64,000 nucleotides of DNA from Raillietiella orientalis. Its lineage: Eukaryota. The translations under genes were made by a program, and so were the position numbers. The stretch is from assembly GCA_036172245.1 (NCBI GenBank), contig JAYWIR010000022.1, positions 1,612,001 to 1,676,000 on the forward strand. Reading direction: 5' to 3'. Of this stretch, positions 14,386-27,522 are shown one piece after another; the stretch's first letter is position 1, and each line of letters opens with the position of its first letter. The notes beneath the pieces were generated by a model. The model saw only the letters and a list, made by a program, of their open reading frames with translations. It did not search any database and was not told where the DNA came from.

Positions 14386-16142
14386 TTATTTAGCCATTTT
14401 TTTGTGCAATGTCATCAATAGCTTAAGTACAAGTGCTGCCAGCAGTAGGCAAGCCGCAAAAACAAATGCAAATAGCACCCAGTCGCTGGTAGAAATACGT
14501 TTATCACATAATTCCCGAATAGTTATGTTGCACTGCTCCTTAGCAATAGAGCTAAGCTGTGCTTCCATAAGAGACAGTGGACAGAGAATCTTATTCTCAC
14601 AAAAGGGAAGGCTAAAAGGCTTTTCATGTATGTAGACAGCGATTTTATGCCTTCCTTTACATTCATACACAACCACTAACAGATTACCCATGAATGGTGT
14701 CATTTGGCTGGACATCCAATTCCGATGAGCATGTTTTGCAAAGTTAGATGCTGTTAAAATAGGAACATCATTATACAATCCCATTAATGCATATAGTTTG
14801 AGTAAAGCTCCTTTTTGAGTAAAATAAAACACACTTCTCCCTAACATGGATGGCTGCCTATTGTATTATTAATTGGTAATGACAATCTGTATCCTTGCTG
14901 TGGCAGTAATTACTTACGTAATATGACCTAGAAGGTCTTGCAGGGCAGTGCAAGCCATTTGCTTATTGAGTGGAGTAATTGGGCCATTTATATAATAAAG
15001 TTCTAAGTCTTCGCGATAACCAAGAACTTTAAGGTCTTCTTCAGAAAACAAATGACACCATGGTGAAATGGAATTTACATCCCAAGCATTTTCGTATCCG
15101 CATAACTCATACATGAGAATTGCATCTTCTGTTTAAGCTTCAGATTCTGCAATATATTTTGATCACATTACTTGCCTAACGTAAGATTGCCCAGGCGACT
15201 TCGATTACGTATGGCTCTCAGAGTAGCTTTCGTGTGCTCACTTGCTTCAAAGGTTTCGGATTCCAGGAATGTTGAATATTGCCTTTTAATATCCTTTAGC
15301 CATGCTGCACAGTACTTATGTGCCTGTAACAGAGTCAGTAATGCGTGAATAGCTTTATGTACTCACTCACTAATACGATATTTTTTACGTCAGCAGTCTG
15401 AGGAAGTGGTTTGGAATGAGAAACGTTCAAACCGAACATAAACATTTCTGCGCTTTCACGAGTTCTGGACAAGGGAGCGTAAGCATACTTCAGAATATAC
15501 ATTTGCACTATGAGTATTTTGAAAGAAATGTTGTAATTGAACCTGGATAGTGTGATTCGAGCTCCGTAAAAAGTGAAAGGCTTCCCCAATTCTTTGGCTT
15601 AAGTGGTATACTTCTTGTTTTCCAGCAGAGGTCAGTGCATAGCTGTTAATTATGCTGATGGAATTCCAGTTCCATTCCCTGAATTTCTGTATCGTATCGT
15701 TAGAAAGTGCCCCTATAATTTTATAAAGTTTTCGTATTAATGCTTCCGTTTACCGAATCCGTCGCTGTGTGCTCTGACTATCCTCTCTCTCCAAATAGGG
15801 AACTCCTTCTTAATCTTTATGATGAATTCATCACTAGGAAACCGAGATCCGTGCCTGCTGTATTGCCATATTTTTAAGGGTTCGCATCCCTGCCCTGGTA
15901 CATTTTCCTTAGAGATAATCAGTGTGTTTCGTACCGATTTTCCCGGAAACGGTGACTATTGGTTCTTTGCCTCTTATGTATTCATATGATGTCCTGCTTC
16001 CTGTAATTTGAAGTAATGTGCTGGAGTCGTACATCCAACCATCCAGGACCTCCGTTTGTGTTGTAAAATCATTGAAGAACAATTCAGTAAACAGTAAGTA
16101 ATGAAAAATCGTGCTTAAATCTGTATGCAAATTTATTAACAT
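14386..16142 (-). CDS. MINPP1: Multiple inositol polyphosphate phosphatase 1-like (histidine phosphatase clade 2), paralog A; C-terminal hydrophobic segment; start approximate
   Basis: Exons encode GCEPLKIWQYSRHGSRFP (~15830-15890), LSRTRESAEMF, MYELCGYENAW..SPWCHLFSEEDLKVLGYREDLELYY, SVFYFTQKGALLKLYALMGL, W.SSQMTPFMGNL, then a hydrophobic tail WVLFAFVFAACLLLAALVL. Confidence 0.88.
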
Positions 16143-16895
16143 TAGCGAAATGCAATTTATAAGGAAAAGTATTGTAAGCAACAAAAAGTTTCTAATTCAT
16201 TTTCTGGATTTTTGTTTTATTTAATATATCTATAGCAATACGTTAATTAGCTCAGTGACTATATGAATCCTGTTAACTGAATGCACTAACTAGATTCATT
16301 TTTGAGAGCATAACTACTTTATAATTGGCATTAATTAAAAAAATTCACTTGAAATCGTTTGGTTACATGGATCTCCCAATGTACAATGTCATAAAGCGAA
16401 TACTGAATCAAGTCCAGATATTCGGAAATAGCAATATTTCAGGAATTGTGTATCTTTTGTACCTACCGTTCATAGCTCACTAATTCCTAAATTGGGTGAA
16501 ACAAAAGAAATTGTGGCTTTATCTTTCTTTGCAATTTTCTAATTGGTTTATATTCCGTCTTCACGTGATAACTTTTAGCCTGAAAGTGCCTTGAGATGCC
16601 AAAAGAGTTGAAACTTCAAAGTGCCACCTACATTCACTTAGTACTCTCCCATCATGTTGAAGTTATGAAGTCTTCACGAGAGAAAGAGGCAAATGCTTTA
16701 AACACTCATCACGACTTTGGATCATATCGAACATCTAATCAACTGTGAATAAAGCCCTGAGTCGTCATTTCTGTTCTCAGTACAATCAGCCACCTTTCCC
16801 TGCATTCATAGCACATATAAATCACATCTAGCTCGAATCTTCGAGAAAGCAATAGGATATGGGAACATAGATTATGTTTAGGCTTAATCTGTACT

Positions 16896-16924
16896 TACAC
16901 TTTGATCTTAGCCAAAAGGCCGAG
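16896..16924 (-). pseudogene. U2: 5' fragment of U2 snRNA (29 nt), not a full gene
   Basis: Reverse complement reads CTCGGCCTTTTGGCTAAGATCAAAGTGTA, matching the conserved U2 5' stem I/U6-pairing region as I recall it. The match stops at the branch-site recognition motif and no Sm site follows. Confidence 0.8.
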
Positions 16925-19900
16925 TAGTATCTGTAGTATGTCCAAAGTGTTGTATCTGTAGCTTTCTTCATATTAAAACATATTTGACTGGTTAGTATCG
17001 ACTTCGATTCTCGTATTTTTCTAGCACAAAAATGAATATCTGAAATCTGTTATCAATGGATCTGTTATCTAATTGGCTTATTAGAGAGTATCTTCATATT
17101 GTTTATGTTGATATGCAACGGTATGCTGTCTTTTTGTGGATGGTCTGTTTTTCATTCCATGAAAAGTCGAAGTGTTTGAAGGATGATTGTATGTATTTGT
17201 GAGGCAGATAGAAAAAAACACTACGTACTCAAGGATAATGGATAATAAGAGTCGAACCGTGAATGATGAAGCGAAGAAGAGTGACGTGAGGTTTTCGATT
17301 GATTCAGTTGAGTATTCTCTGAAAACTCTGAAGAGATGCTTAAGCCTTACAAACTCCAGGAAATTCTCAGCTTCAAAGATCATGCCCAAAGTGCTGTTTA
17401 GAAATCAGGGATGTCTCCCAAACATCCCTACATAATTGAGTGCACTTTCATTAGAGGGCTGGTTACTGTTTCCTGCTGAAATTGATTTCACGTTCAAAAA
17501 AGTTCCAGCAGAAATCACTTTCTGGTAGTTTGAATTTTGCTTTGTTTTTCCCGCACCTCCATATGGGAGATGATTCTCGGTTTTAGAAGGCATAAACTGT
17601 GTTTTTTCTTGAGCTTTGAACTGCGTGTTTCATATGACAGTTCAGCAAAGTGAACAAGTCCACACACCCAAAACATTAATTTTTTTGCAATTGTTTGCGT
17701 TTATTAATTTCAACTGTTTTCCATTCCTAATGGAGACAACAAGTTTCTGACATGCCAAACAAAAAAATTAAAGAAAAAAAAACAATACACATCATGCACT
17801 TAATTTTGCATATCTATTGAACTCTGATTTGATTTAAACGTTTATATGAATGAGGATGGTTTCTTAATGAGTGCCGTCTAATTGCTTCGTTAAACTACAC
17901 GCATCGTCAGCTATCAGAATTTGGGTTTTCTAAGGCCGGAATCTTGATTAGACTGGAACCCTGCGAATCATCATAGCAAAAATTTTTGCAGGATCTGGAA
18001 TTTGAAGCGAAAGCTAAATTTCGAAAAGAAAAAAATCATTCTTCCGAGAAAATCTTTCAAATGCTGCAAATTAGCTGAGTATTCACCTTTGTACTCAATT
18101 GCGGGTCACTGGTTCTCACTCTTGCACTTAATTACAAATCCTGGCTAGCGACTCCTCCATTTAGTTGCAGCTCCCAAATAGCGACACGTGGACTTAATTG
18201 AAATTCCTAGGTTTTGACTGAGGTCCATCGGGTGAAGTAGTCGTAGTGAAGTAAAATGCAGACAATACCACACGTTCATTACATGAGAACTGTGCTACAG
18301 CTCGTTCCTCAAAGATGGGCGACTTAAACACTCTTGGATGACCGGTGCGAAAAATGTCTTTTTCTAGGCTATACGTAAAACAAACAGCACATGAAGAAAG
18401 CGAAAAAAGTCTTGATGGACTTAATTGCAAGGAAAGGACAGCCGCAAAGTATCAGTTGTCTTCTCACTCTTTAACACCAAGCATCGAATCTAGCTCAAGG
18501 GACTAACACAGGCGACTCATACACATCAAATATCGGTTCTCCCAGTGCTTGCGAACCAACCGCGCTCATCAGTACGAGTTAAGAAACTGGTATGAGAGAG
18601 TCAGGGAGAGACTTGTGGCTGATCGATGATGAAAAATAACAGCATCTTCGTTGGCTTAACAAAAAGCAGAGCTGGAGGCTAATGAACGAAGCTACTCGGA
18701 AAATGAAGAAATGCCAGTTGAGCTCTCATGAACAACCGGAATTTCCAAGCGGTGAGAAAATGCCGTTTTATTATTATGACCAAGACTTCCATCAGCGTTC
18801 CTTTCCAACTGAAAAATCATTCGAAATGGAAATTTCGAAGGAGTCTGGCAGCTCGTGCGTCCGTTCTGGAGGCCAAGTGAACTGGGAAAGCATTCTTAGT
18901 AGGGATAACGGAGACACGAGCAAAACAATTCAAGTTTAAAGCATCCCTTATATTTAGTGCCTCCACATTCAGCAGATGAGACAGCGTTTGCAAAACATCC
19001 TAGAGTTGACCTTCTGGAGTCTCTGAGGAAAACATTCTAAAGTTATATCCAGAGTGCAGACGAAAAGTGTGACATTCATGACAGGACATTCATGACATTT
19101 GAATCGACAAATCATTGAAACAAGAAAACATGAGCTGAAGGTAGGAGGATTAGAAGCTGATACATCAATACTGAAATCTGGGGAAATTCAGTGTACATAG
19201 AGCTCTGGAATAGGTAAATGACATTTGAAAATCGGACAGGAACCACTCTGGAATGCACATGAAGGAATGAAGTACAGAATTTCTCCCTTACATCAGCCAC
19301 AGCAGAAGACACAATGGGGAACAAGCAAGCTCGAGCCAAGGTTTCGGAACTCTTGATTCACCTTCTCGTCACATTTAATTTGCGTCGTGTGTGGTCGAAT
19401 CATGTTTTGGATGGTTCTTGATTTTTGTGTGTGTTCTAATTCAAACAGTTTTTAAACATAAGCTTGCTGGAAAAGGGTTCCGGAAAAATCATTCTTATGC
19501 ATGGGGCCTGGATCATTGCGCGGAAGCTGAGGAGTCATTACTCCATTCCACGCACGTCGTGCATGCCTGGGAACCGATGCTAATGAGTTGAACAGTCTAG
19601 GCCGCAAGCTAATAAACGAATGCGAGTTGGTCCATTCGAAAGAGGAAAGAGGAGGGAGGGGGGCTACAACACAAATCAAATTAGCAAATGATGAATTACT
19701 TCCGTTGTCTTCCGTTTGATATGAATGAATTGTAGATTTCCACGTATACATTCGGACATCTTCATTTGAATTGAATTTCTGTCTTTGTACTTTAGGATCC
19801 ATGAAGATTTTAAAAATTCATGTTTATGAGGAAATGATCTTTTTCTACATTTGGTAATCACAGAAAGAGTTTATACTTGTTTTATTTATTTTTTGCAGTG

Positions 19901-20749
19901 ACGAATGAAAGATGCTATAAAGGTGAATGAATGAAATTTATTACGAGATGAAATCCTGTTACTTTCAGATGTGGAAAGCAGCCTTTCCATTTCCGGTGCA
20001 CTACTTTATGTGCTTTCACCATTCACTGCTGTCAAACGAATAGTAATGAACGTTTAGTAGGAATTTAATTGGACATGTAGGATTGTGGGTACCATAATCT
20101 TGAACGTAACTGAAATTAAATGAGCATCATGGAATTCTTCGGTGTTGCTCGTGTTCGATATCAACTTATCAAGCGATCTGTCTGTGGCCACTGAATATTC
20201 AACAAAATTTGTAGATAGGTTGAGCCGCTTTTAAATTTGTTCTCATAGGTTGAAGAAACGTTAAATACGTTTTCCAGTCTGGGTTTCAGAATTTTCAAGC
20301 TGTAGCAACCAATGTAATGATACTGTTTGCATATTGTATTAGCAGAGAAAAGCAACGTTTTTGAGTTCTCAGCATTCTATTTCTCAATTTCCATAAGTGA
20401 TCTTTCCATGGGTTTTCTATAACGAAGTGCTTCATTGCAGAAATGATCGAAAGTAATTCATCCCACCGAGATGTTTGCTCACAAAGATGAGGTGGGATGT
20501 AGTTGCTTTCAAATTTTTAAATGAAGCAGTGCTAAAAATCCATGTGTTTCTGACTACTGTTTTCCTCTGCATCAGGAAAAAATGTATTGAATGAATTTCT
20601 TGTGACAAGCACAAGACAAGACAGATTACATCATACGGGGAATTCTGATTTGTTTGGCTTTTCGATTGATGCTTCGTGACCTTTAAATCAGTTGGGATTT
20701 GGAATTTCCAAGGAAAGCCGAATGGATTTGGGAAGTCGTAATTTAATAC

Positions 20750-20860
20750 GAAATGAACGTTTCTCTCACCGGCTGCAAGACAAACAAGATTGGCTCGTGA
20801 AGAACACGAAACTTGTCAGACGAGAGTTCGAGCCGCATATTCATGTTCAATAACTTGTGG
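20750..20860 (+). mobile_element. Possible decayed hAT transposase dimerisation-domain fragment
   Basis: Conceptual translation across frameshifts gives ERFS...RTRNLSDESSSRIFMFNN, resembling the hAT C-terminal ERxFS...RxxLSxxxxxxLxFxxxN pattern. Weak. Confidence 0.2.
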
Positions 20861-22552
20861 AGGAGCTGTAACCCTCATTATCTGCTAATGATTATCTGAC
20901 AACCAATTCGCACACAACAAGAACAAATAACGACTTTTCAAAGCTCCTTTCGAGTTGGCGTAACCTTATGGCCATCTGCAATGGACTAAGTATTTACAGT
21001 TTGTTTGAACGATATGTAAAGAAACGATATGTGCATTGGGAAATGATTTTCCTATTGAAAAACATAAAACCAATGTTTTCCGAAAACAAGATGGTTCTAG
21101 AATAACATTGAATTAGAGATTGTAATTACATATATTCCAAAAATGGATATGTGAAATGTAGAATCTACACGTATGCAAAATGTGACTATCCCTTAACAAA
21201 TGAAAATGCACATCAGCTATAACATTGTGGTCTACAACTGGAGGACTGCTTACTATAAATTGTACTATCATTAGTTTTCTATAATATTTTATGCGAACAA
21301 ATTTATTTTCTATGGTGGTTATTTAGTTGTTAAACTAATATAATGTTCATTTTCATTTGTTTTCATGTTGAAAGCATCATCATATTAGTGAAAGAGTCAA
21401 GTCAAGGATGATTAATAAAGCGAATAATTGCTATAAATTAATTTGATGGTCGCTGAGATGGAAAAGTCGAAATGAGATGGAGAACTATAAGCATTGTATG
21501 ATGGGAAATCTTGGTTGCTAAAACTTCATTGAAGGTGATTATTTCCCTTGAACCGTGTGGTTTTGAGAGGAAGCCAAAACGGAGGGGCACGGATGTAGAG
21601 ATCTTACATGGCTAAAAGTGGTTTGCGTAAAATCTCCATTCTAGTTTGTTCTCTCTTGGAACGGAGAATTCTTCCCGATGTTAAAAGGTTCATGAGAAAG
21701 GGATAGGAGCATGTATTTTATTCGTGCATCCTTCACCAAAGGTTTCTGCCTCTTGGAGTATCTCTATGCTTAATAATGCAAGCGGCGTACATTAATTTTC
21801 TCTAATTCGTCCTTTCTAAGCGTTTGTAAAACTGAAAGCACTAATTTCCTCTTAATACTCTTCCTGTGCAGTAACTCCGTAGAAGTTGAGTTTCTTCTCA
21901 CTATGATAACTTAAACAGCAAGCTACTGGCTTCCAACTATGGTATTACTTGTCACGCTATCCCAGTTGGTTCCCGAAAACAGTTTGCTACAAAGAGGAAG
22001 CTGATTATTTCGCTGACTGATTGTATTCAAGCATGCTTCATTTTTTCAAATTGGCTTTTGTTCTACAACGTAAAACCTTTTGCCATACATAAAGCAGCGT
22101 GCACCATTCTTATACCATTCTGATGTTCCGTCGAAATCTGAGAGAAATCAGAACAAATTCGAATTGGAAACACTAAACAACTCGTTTTTTTTTTTTTCAA
22201 TGAAATCATAAGGGAGATTCATTCGGCTAACAAGATTTTCAGTCTTTTGATGAATGTTCTAGCTTTTTTTTTTTTTTTATCCATTTAAAAGTTGATTTTC
22301 TATTCCGAAGAACTATGCATAAGAATTTGATCCAGCGCTCTCTTGCAAACAGCCTCTCTTGCGAGCCGTTTTTCTCCTACTGCTGGGAAGGAACCGTCCC
22401 CTTCAGATGACTGATTTTCATCCTTCCTCATTTTGTCCTCTATTTATATATGTTCCATCAACAAATCCTCGCGTCGGCCATTCTCAACGAACTGTTTTCC
22501 AATTGATTGCTCTCCTGTGTTTGAATAGGTTTCCAGAAATGCTTGTAATGGT

Positions 22553-22600
22553 TGGATTTCAGCATACGTTTCAGATCTATGAAACGTATGCTGAAATCCA
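22553..22600. repeat. Perfect 21-bp inverted repeat with 6-nt spacer
   Basis: TGGATTTCAGCATACGTTTCA (22553-22573) / GATCTA / TGAAACGTATGCTGAAATCCA (22580-22600): the arms are exact reverse complements. Confidence 0.95.
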
Positions 22601-25600
22601 GCGGGTGTTTTCACCAATGAGTGAAGTACTTCAATTGAGCGAAATTCCTCTGTGATTGTACGAGATGGTGTGAGTTCGGCTTTCACAAACTTTTGGCTGC
22701 TTTCATTTTTCATTTCATTGATTCACCTTTGATCTCGGCGTTGTAAATGAATGTTTTCCCATGGACCACGCAGTATTAAAGCTTCTGGTTCACATGTGTA
22801 CTACGTACGTTTCGTCTGCAGATTAAGAATAACGGATGCTAGCAACTTTCGTAACCAAGATGTACATAGGTGGGATGCTTCTTCCAAGGCCGTACCTTGA
22901 AGTCTAAAGAAAGAGAATTCGTTATATGGTTCTCGAATTCGTTATTTTCGAATAAAGCAAGTTTTTTTTTTCCTGAAAAACCGCAAACTTACATTTAATT
23001 TCGACTAATGTGACTCCAAGGTATGGTCGATATTCTTCTTGAAAATCCAGTGGACTTGCTACAAATATTTTCGCGACCTAGTGTAAATGTATTAACGTGT
23101 TATGTATCAGCATGTGATCGAGTGGAAAATGACGTTATAAATGAACATTTATGTGTGTCTACTCTCCGTGCAAAGCTCTGAGGTAAATAAGGTACTCAGC
23201 ATTATCAGCACTGCTCTGTAATATTGTCTCTGAACATTTAATTCCAGACGTTTCTCATTAGTTGGCTTGCAGATACTTCATTTGCAGCTTTGAGAGTTGT
23301 GGATGGACAGAAAGAAATCCTTGGTACTTATCCATAAAGTCATGTTGTTGAATGAAACAGGAATTTCGATACAGTTTCAGTTCTTGAATTTCCGACAGGT
23401 CTCCATACATGATGAAGATATGAATAGATTTATTAGAAAAGAAGATTTGAATAGATTTGAAAATTCTGATCAATTAATCGGTTTAAGAACTTTAAAAGTT
23501 TTCTCAAAATCGAATCACAACAACAATCAGCATTAATGAAAATTTCAAAATTCTCTTTGTGTTCATTATTTTCAGTACAAATTTGTCTTCTTTCATGGCA
23601 TTACAAAAAAATATAGCTGTTAATTGCACTATTTATTCGATAACAAGTGTGGTACATGATGTCTTTGTAACGCAGGTATGAGTATTCCATATTATGTATA
23701 AAGAATCACCCAAATCTTCTAAATATTCAACATCGAAATGTATGTACGATAAACAAGAGGTTTATATACGGTTTTCATACATATATGAACAAAAATCAAG
23801 CAATCCAGCCCCTATCGTTTTCTTGTGTGCTATAGGACATCCATGTATCATCATGTTTTAGAATATTTGCCTCATTTAAATGAAAATGAGTAAATATTGT
23901 GCCTATTTCCTCTTTAACTATGGTAATCGAGCAAATTATCAAAATTGTCTGTTCTCGGTAAGTTTTTTGTTTTTTGAACAAGGAAGATGCATGCAGGGTG
24001 GATCACAATGTGCTTTGCACAGTCAGTGTGAACGTTATGAAGGTTGTCTATTTCTTACAAAGTCTGATTAAGATATGAGTGCTAACAAATTTACATTTCT
24101 CCAAACAAAATACATCAATACATCTTATGGTGTTACAATTTATGCCTGCACTTGAAGAAATAAATGCAAAAATGGAAACAAAACACAAATCGAGGAGACA
24201 AATCGATTGTCAACCAAGTTTTCGTGTTACAGATTACATCATCCTCTGTTTTAAGGATTTCTGCCTCATAGTCATGATTTAAAGATGAGGTTATGGCAAT
24301 TAGCATTGTGGTGGTCCATTTGACGAGTCGACTCATTTTGTGGATCGTTTGAATAAACCGTCGTTCTCAGAAGCATTTGAGTGAGGATACGCAAATTAAA
24401 AACAATTGCCCTTAAGATTTTTTCTCGGGTTTTATGCATTTTCAAATGTATCAAATTAAGTTTACTACAGTGCTAATAATTCATTTGAATTAAAATGCTC
24501 TACTTGACGCAAATACGAATTTGCGATTGGTTGCGACAGAAAGATGTCAGTTGGTAAACTGATGAATGTGTAAGTATGTACAGATCCTTCACACTCAGTC
24601 TTTCAAAGTGTCGCTGTTTTTAGTATAGAATATATTAAAACTGTATACAGATAAAACGTTCGTAATATGATAGTGATGAAACTTTTCAAGGACATTGTTG
24701 CATAAGATTCATCTCAATGTGCGGATAAGTGAATGTGTTTCCAATGAGACATTTATTTTACAGTTATTCCTTCGATCGTGTAGCATAGTTATTCATTAGT
24801 TAGTTATAGTTATTGTTTCGACTGGTTAAATATTTAAAATGTGAATATGATTTAATTGTGTAGCATTTCAAGATATTTTGACTAAACTAATGATTTATTT
24901 AATGCTTGTGAAGTTTTCGGAAGAACCTCTTCAAATTAAAAGCTCGTCTATAGTACTATCCAGCATTTTTTCCCAAAAGAAACAAAACTATAGAGAATGT
25001 TTGAAGTAGCCTTGAACAGGAGCAACTGTCAATACACTGAGGTATTCTAGAACACTTGCATCTACACAGATGTATCCAAACCGAGAAACTGTCGAGGAAA
25101 AATTTACTTGAGGCATATGGTTATGTAATGTTTATATAAAATTTCTTATTTTTACACACAAATCTCTTGATTGTCGCTGTTAGGGATGTTTTTGGAAATG
25201 TTACCAAGGGCGTACTACTATTTGTTAGCAAGTATCAATTCTTTCGTCCGCTTTTTCAGAATATTGCGCTGCATGCGCTGACTTGAACACATAACTTGCT
25301 CAAGTGATAGTCTTGATCGTGTAAGTCGTGGCTTGCAGTTTAATTGAAGAAGTCAGCCTATTTAAGTTTATTATTGATACTATGAAGTGTTGTGTTAATG
25401 TACATCTGTTTACACTTCAGTAGAATCTTTATGGTAATTAAAGAACTTTAAGTTTGGAGTGTTTTTTTTCTTTCCATGGTTTTTGATAATCTCAACACTG
25501 TATAATCAGGTTCTTGAAATCACATTCCCATATTTTAGTTCCCTTCTTTTTTTTTGTTTTAGTCCCAGATCTTGCAGTTATTGCACTGTTATAATTTAAA

Positions 25601-25683
25601 TATAAAAATAATAATAATGAATGTGATACATAACTCATTGCAATAACTGATTATAGAAAGGTTAAAATTTACAAAGCATTATT

Positions 25684-27424
25684 TCATGACCACTTGTATT
25701 TATTGCAGTGGCAATGTGGAGTTATGCATAAGACCACTAAAATAGTTAGAAACAAAAGAATTATGACAAGATGCAGCCAAGGGCTAAACCATTCTGCTGC
25801 ACAAATAGCATTAAAATCATAACACATAAGCTGGGAAATGTTCTGCAACTGATGAATGAAATCATTCAGTGTGCAAAACATCTTATCGCCACAAATGGAT
25901 ACATTTATATGTTTTTCCTGACTGAAAATCGTAACATAGAACTCACTATTACACTGACAAAGAGCCACCACTAAATTAGCTGCAAATGGCACAATGTAGT
26001 TGCTTCTCCATTTGCGATTTTTCATTTCATCATAATTGGATGCTGTGAGAGGTTCTGTGTCAGCAAACAAATCAAGCAATGCATACAATTTAAGCAGAGC
26101 ACCTTCATGGGTGAAGTAGAAAACACTCTGATTCCTTTTACCAGGCTTTCTAAAAACAGTATGCACTTAAATTATGCTTGCAACTACACTTACAGCATAT
26201 GCTGCAGCATATCCTGCAATGCAGGACAAGCCATCTTCTGACTTAGCAAAGCCTGCTTGTTTTTATAGAATCTTTCCAAATCCACTAAATAAGCAAGAAC
26301 TTGTAGATCCTCTTCCGAAAATACTTGGCACCATGGAGAAATATCTTTGTACCAGGCAATTTCATAACCACACATCTCATACATATCCAATAAATTTTCT
26401 GCAACTGTGTTTCTAGCAAGTACTATAGAACTCACGAATATTTAGATCCAAGATCCCAGTTCTACTCTTCACATGATTCAAAACAGATTGCATGTATTTC
26501 CCTGTTAAAAAAATCCTATACTCCAAAGACACAGAGGAATTTTGTTTAACCTTTGTTTTCCAAAGTGGGCAGAAATTGTAAGCCTAATGAAAACCCATGT
26601 ATATCCAATTCAGTGACAACTCACATGCAGGACATTCTGCAATTCATTATTAATTGGAAGAGCATACTCTTGAGAAGATAAATTTAATCCATGCAAAAAT
26701 GCTTTGGCACTTGCCTCAGTCCTTTCAGTGTTAGAGTATGCAAACTGTAAAACTATTACAATCTACAAAGTTTTAGAAAAACCTGAATTTCCTGATGGGA
26801 GTTTGCAAGAACAGGAAAATCTTCTCGAATTGTGCTTCCTAATTTATATAGTTCATGGTGACCAGAAGAAGTTAAAATAAAACTGTCCTTAGATTCAAGG
26901 CTCAGACTCCAAGCTGCAAAACTCTTTCCTGAATCAGGACAAACTGATCCTAATAATAAATGAAATGAGAGACATGAGGAATAATGAATAACCTGTATGT
27001 TCATTTAAACTCTGAATTATCTTATCTCTGAGAGGAGGCAATGCATTCTCAAAACATTGTATCCTTTTCCAGCTAGGATATCGTGTACCATGTCTTATAT
27101 ATGTCCACAATTTTATTGTTTGACATTCTATGAAAATATGTACACATGTATTTCACTTATAAATCCAAGTATGGATAGAAAAAATTATATATATGTTCAC
27201 AAAGTACACAAATTCAAAAGTTGAGCAATATCTAGTTTACCTTCTTTTGTTGCATGAAAATGATAGCTTGTTCTGCTGTATTCATAAGCTGTATGACTTC
27301 CCGTATACTGAGCAATGGTTTGTAAGTGAGAAATATTCCAACAAAAGGAATCAATCACTGGTATGATACCAAAATTAAATGAGAGCCCTACCCAAGTATA
27401 TAAAGATAGCATCTGGAAAACCAT
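25684..27424 (-). CDS. MINPP1: MINPP1-like paralog B; N-terminal hydrophobic segment and C-terminal TM helix; start 27424 or 27412
   Basis: Exons encode QYTGSHTAYEYSR, CQTIKLWTYIRHGTRYP (~27075-27125), ERTEASAKAFL, MYEMCGYEIAW...SPWCQVFSEEDLQVLAYLVDLERFY, SVFYFTHEGALLKLYALLDL, WRSNYIVPFAANL, WLHLVIILLFLTILVVLCI...NKYKWS*. Confidence 0.9.
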
Positions 27425-27522
27425 ACAATAATTACTGTCACTGAAGATCGTAAATAAGAGGATACTGATGGAATGCCTCCTCCCCAGTTTTAACAAAGAA
27501 AAACTATGATTTCAAGTCACTT

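Noticed and set aside
26166..26193. Apparent 28-nt intron in MINPP1-B
   Set aside because: It leads to an immediate stop; the acceptor 16 nt further on (44-nt intron) gives the conserved frame.
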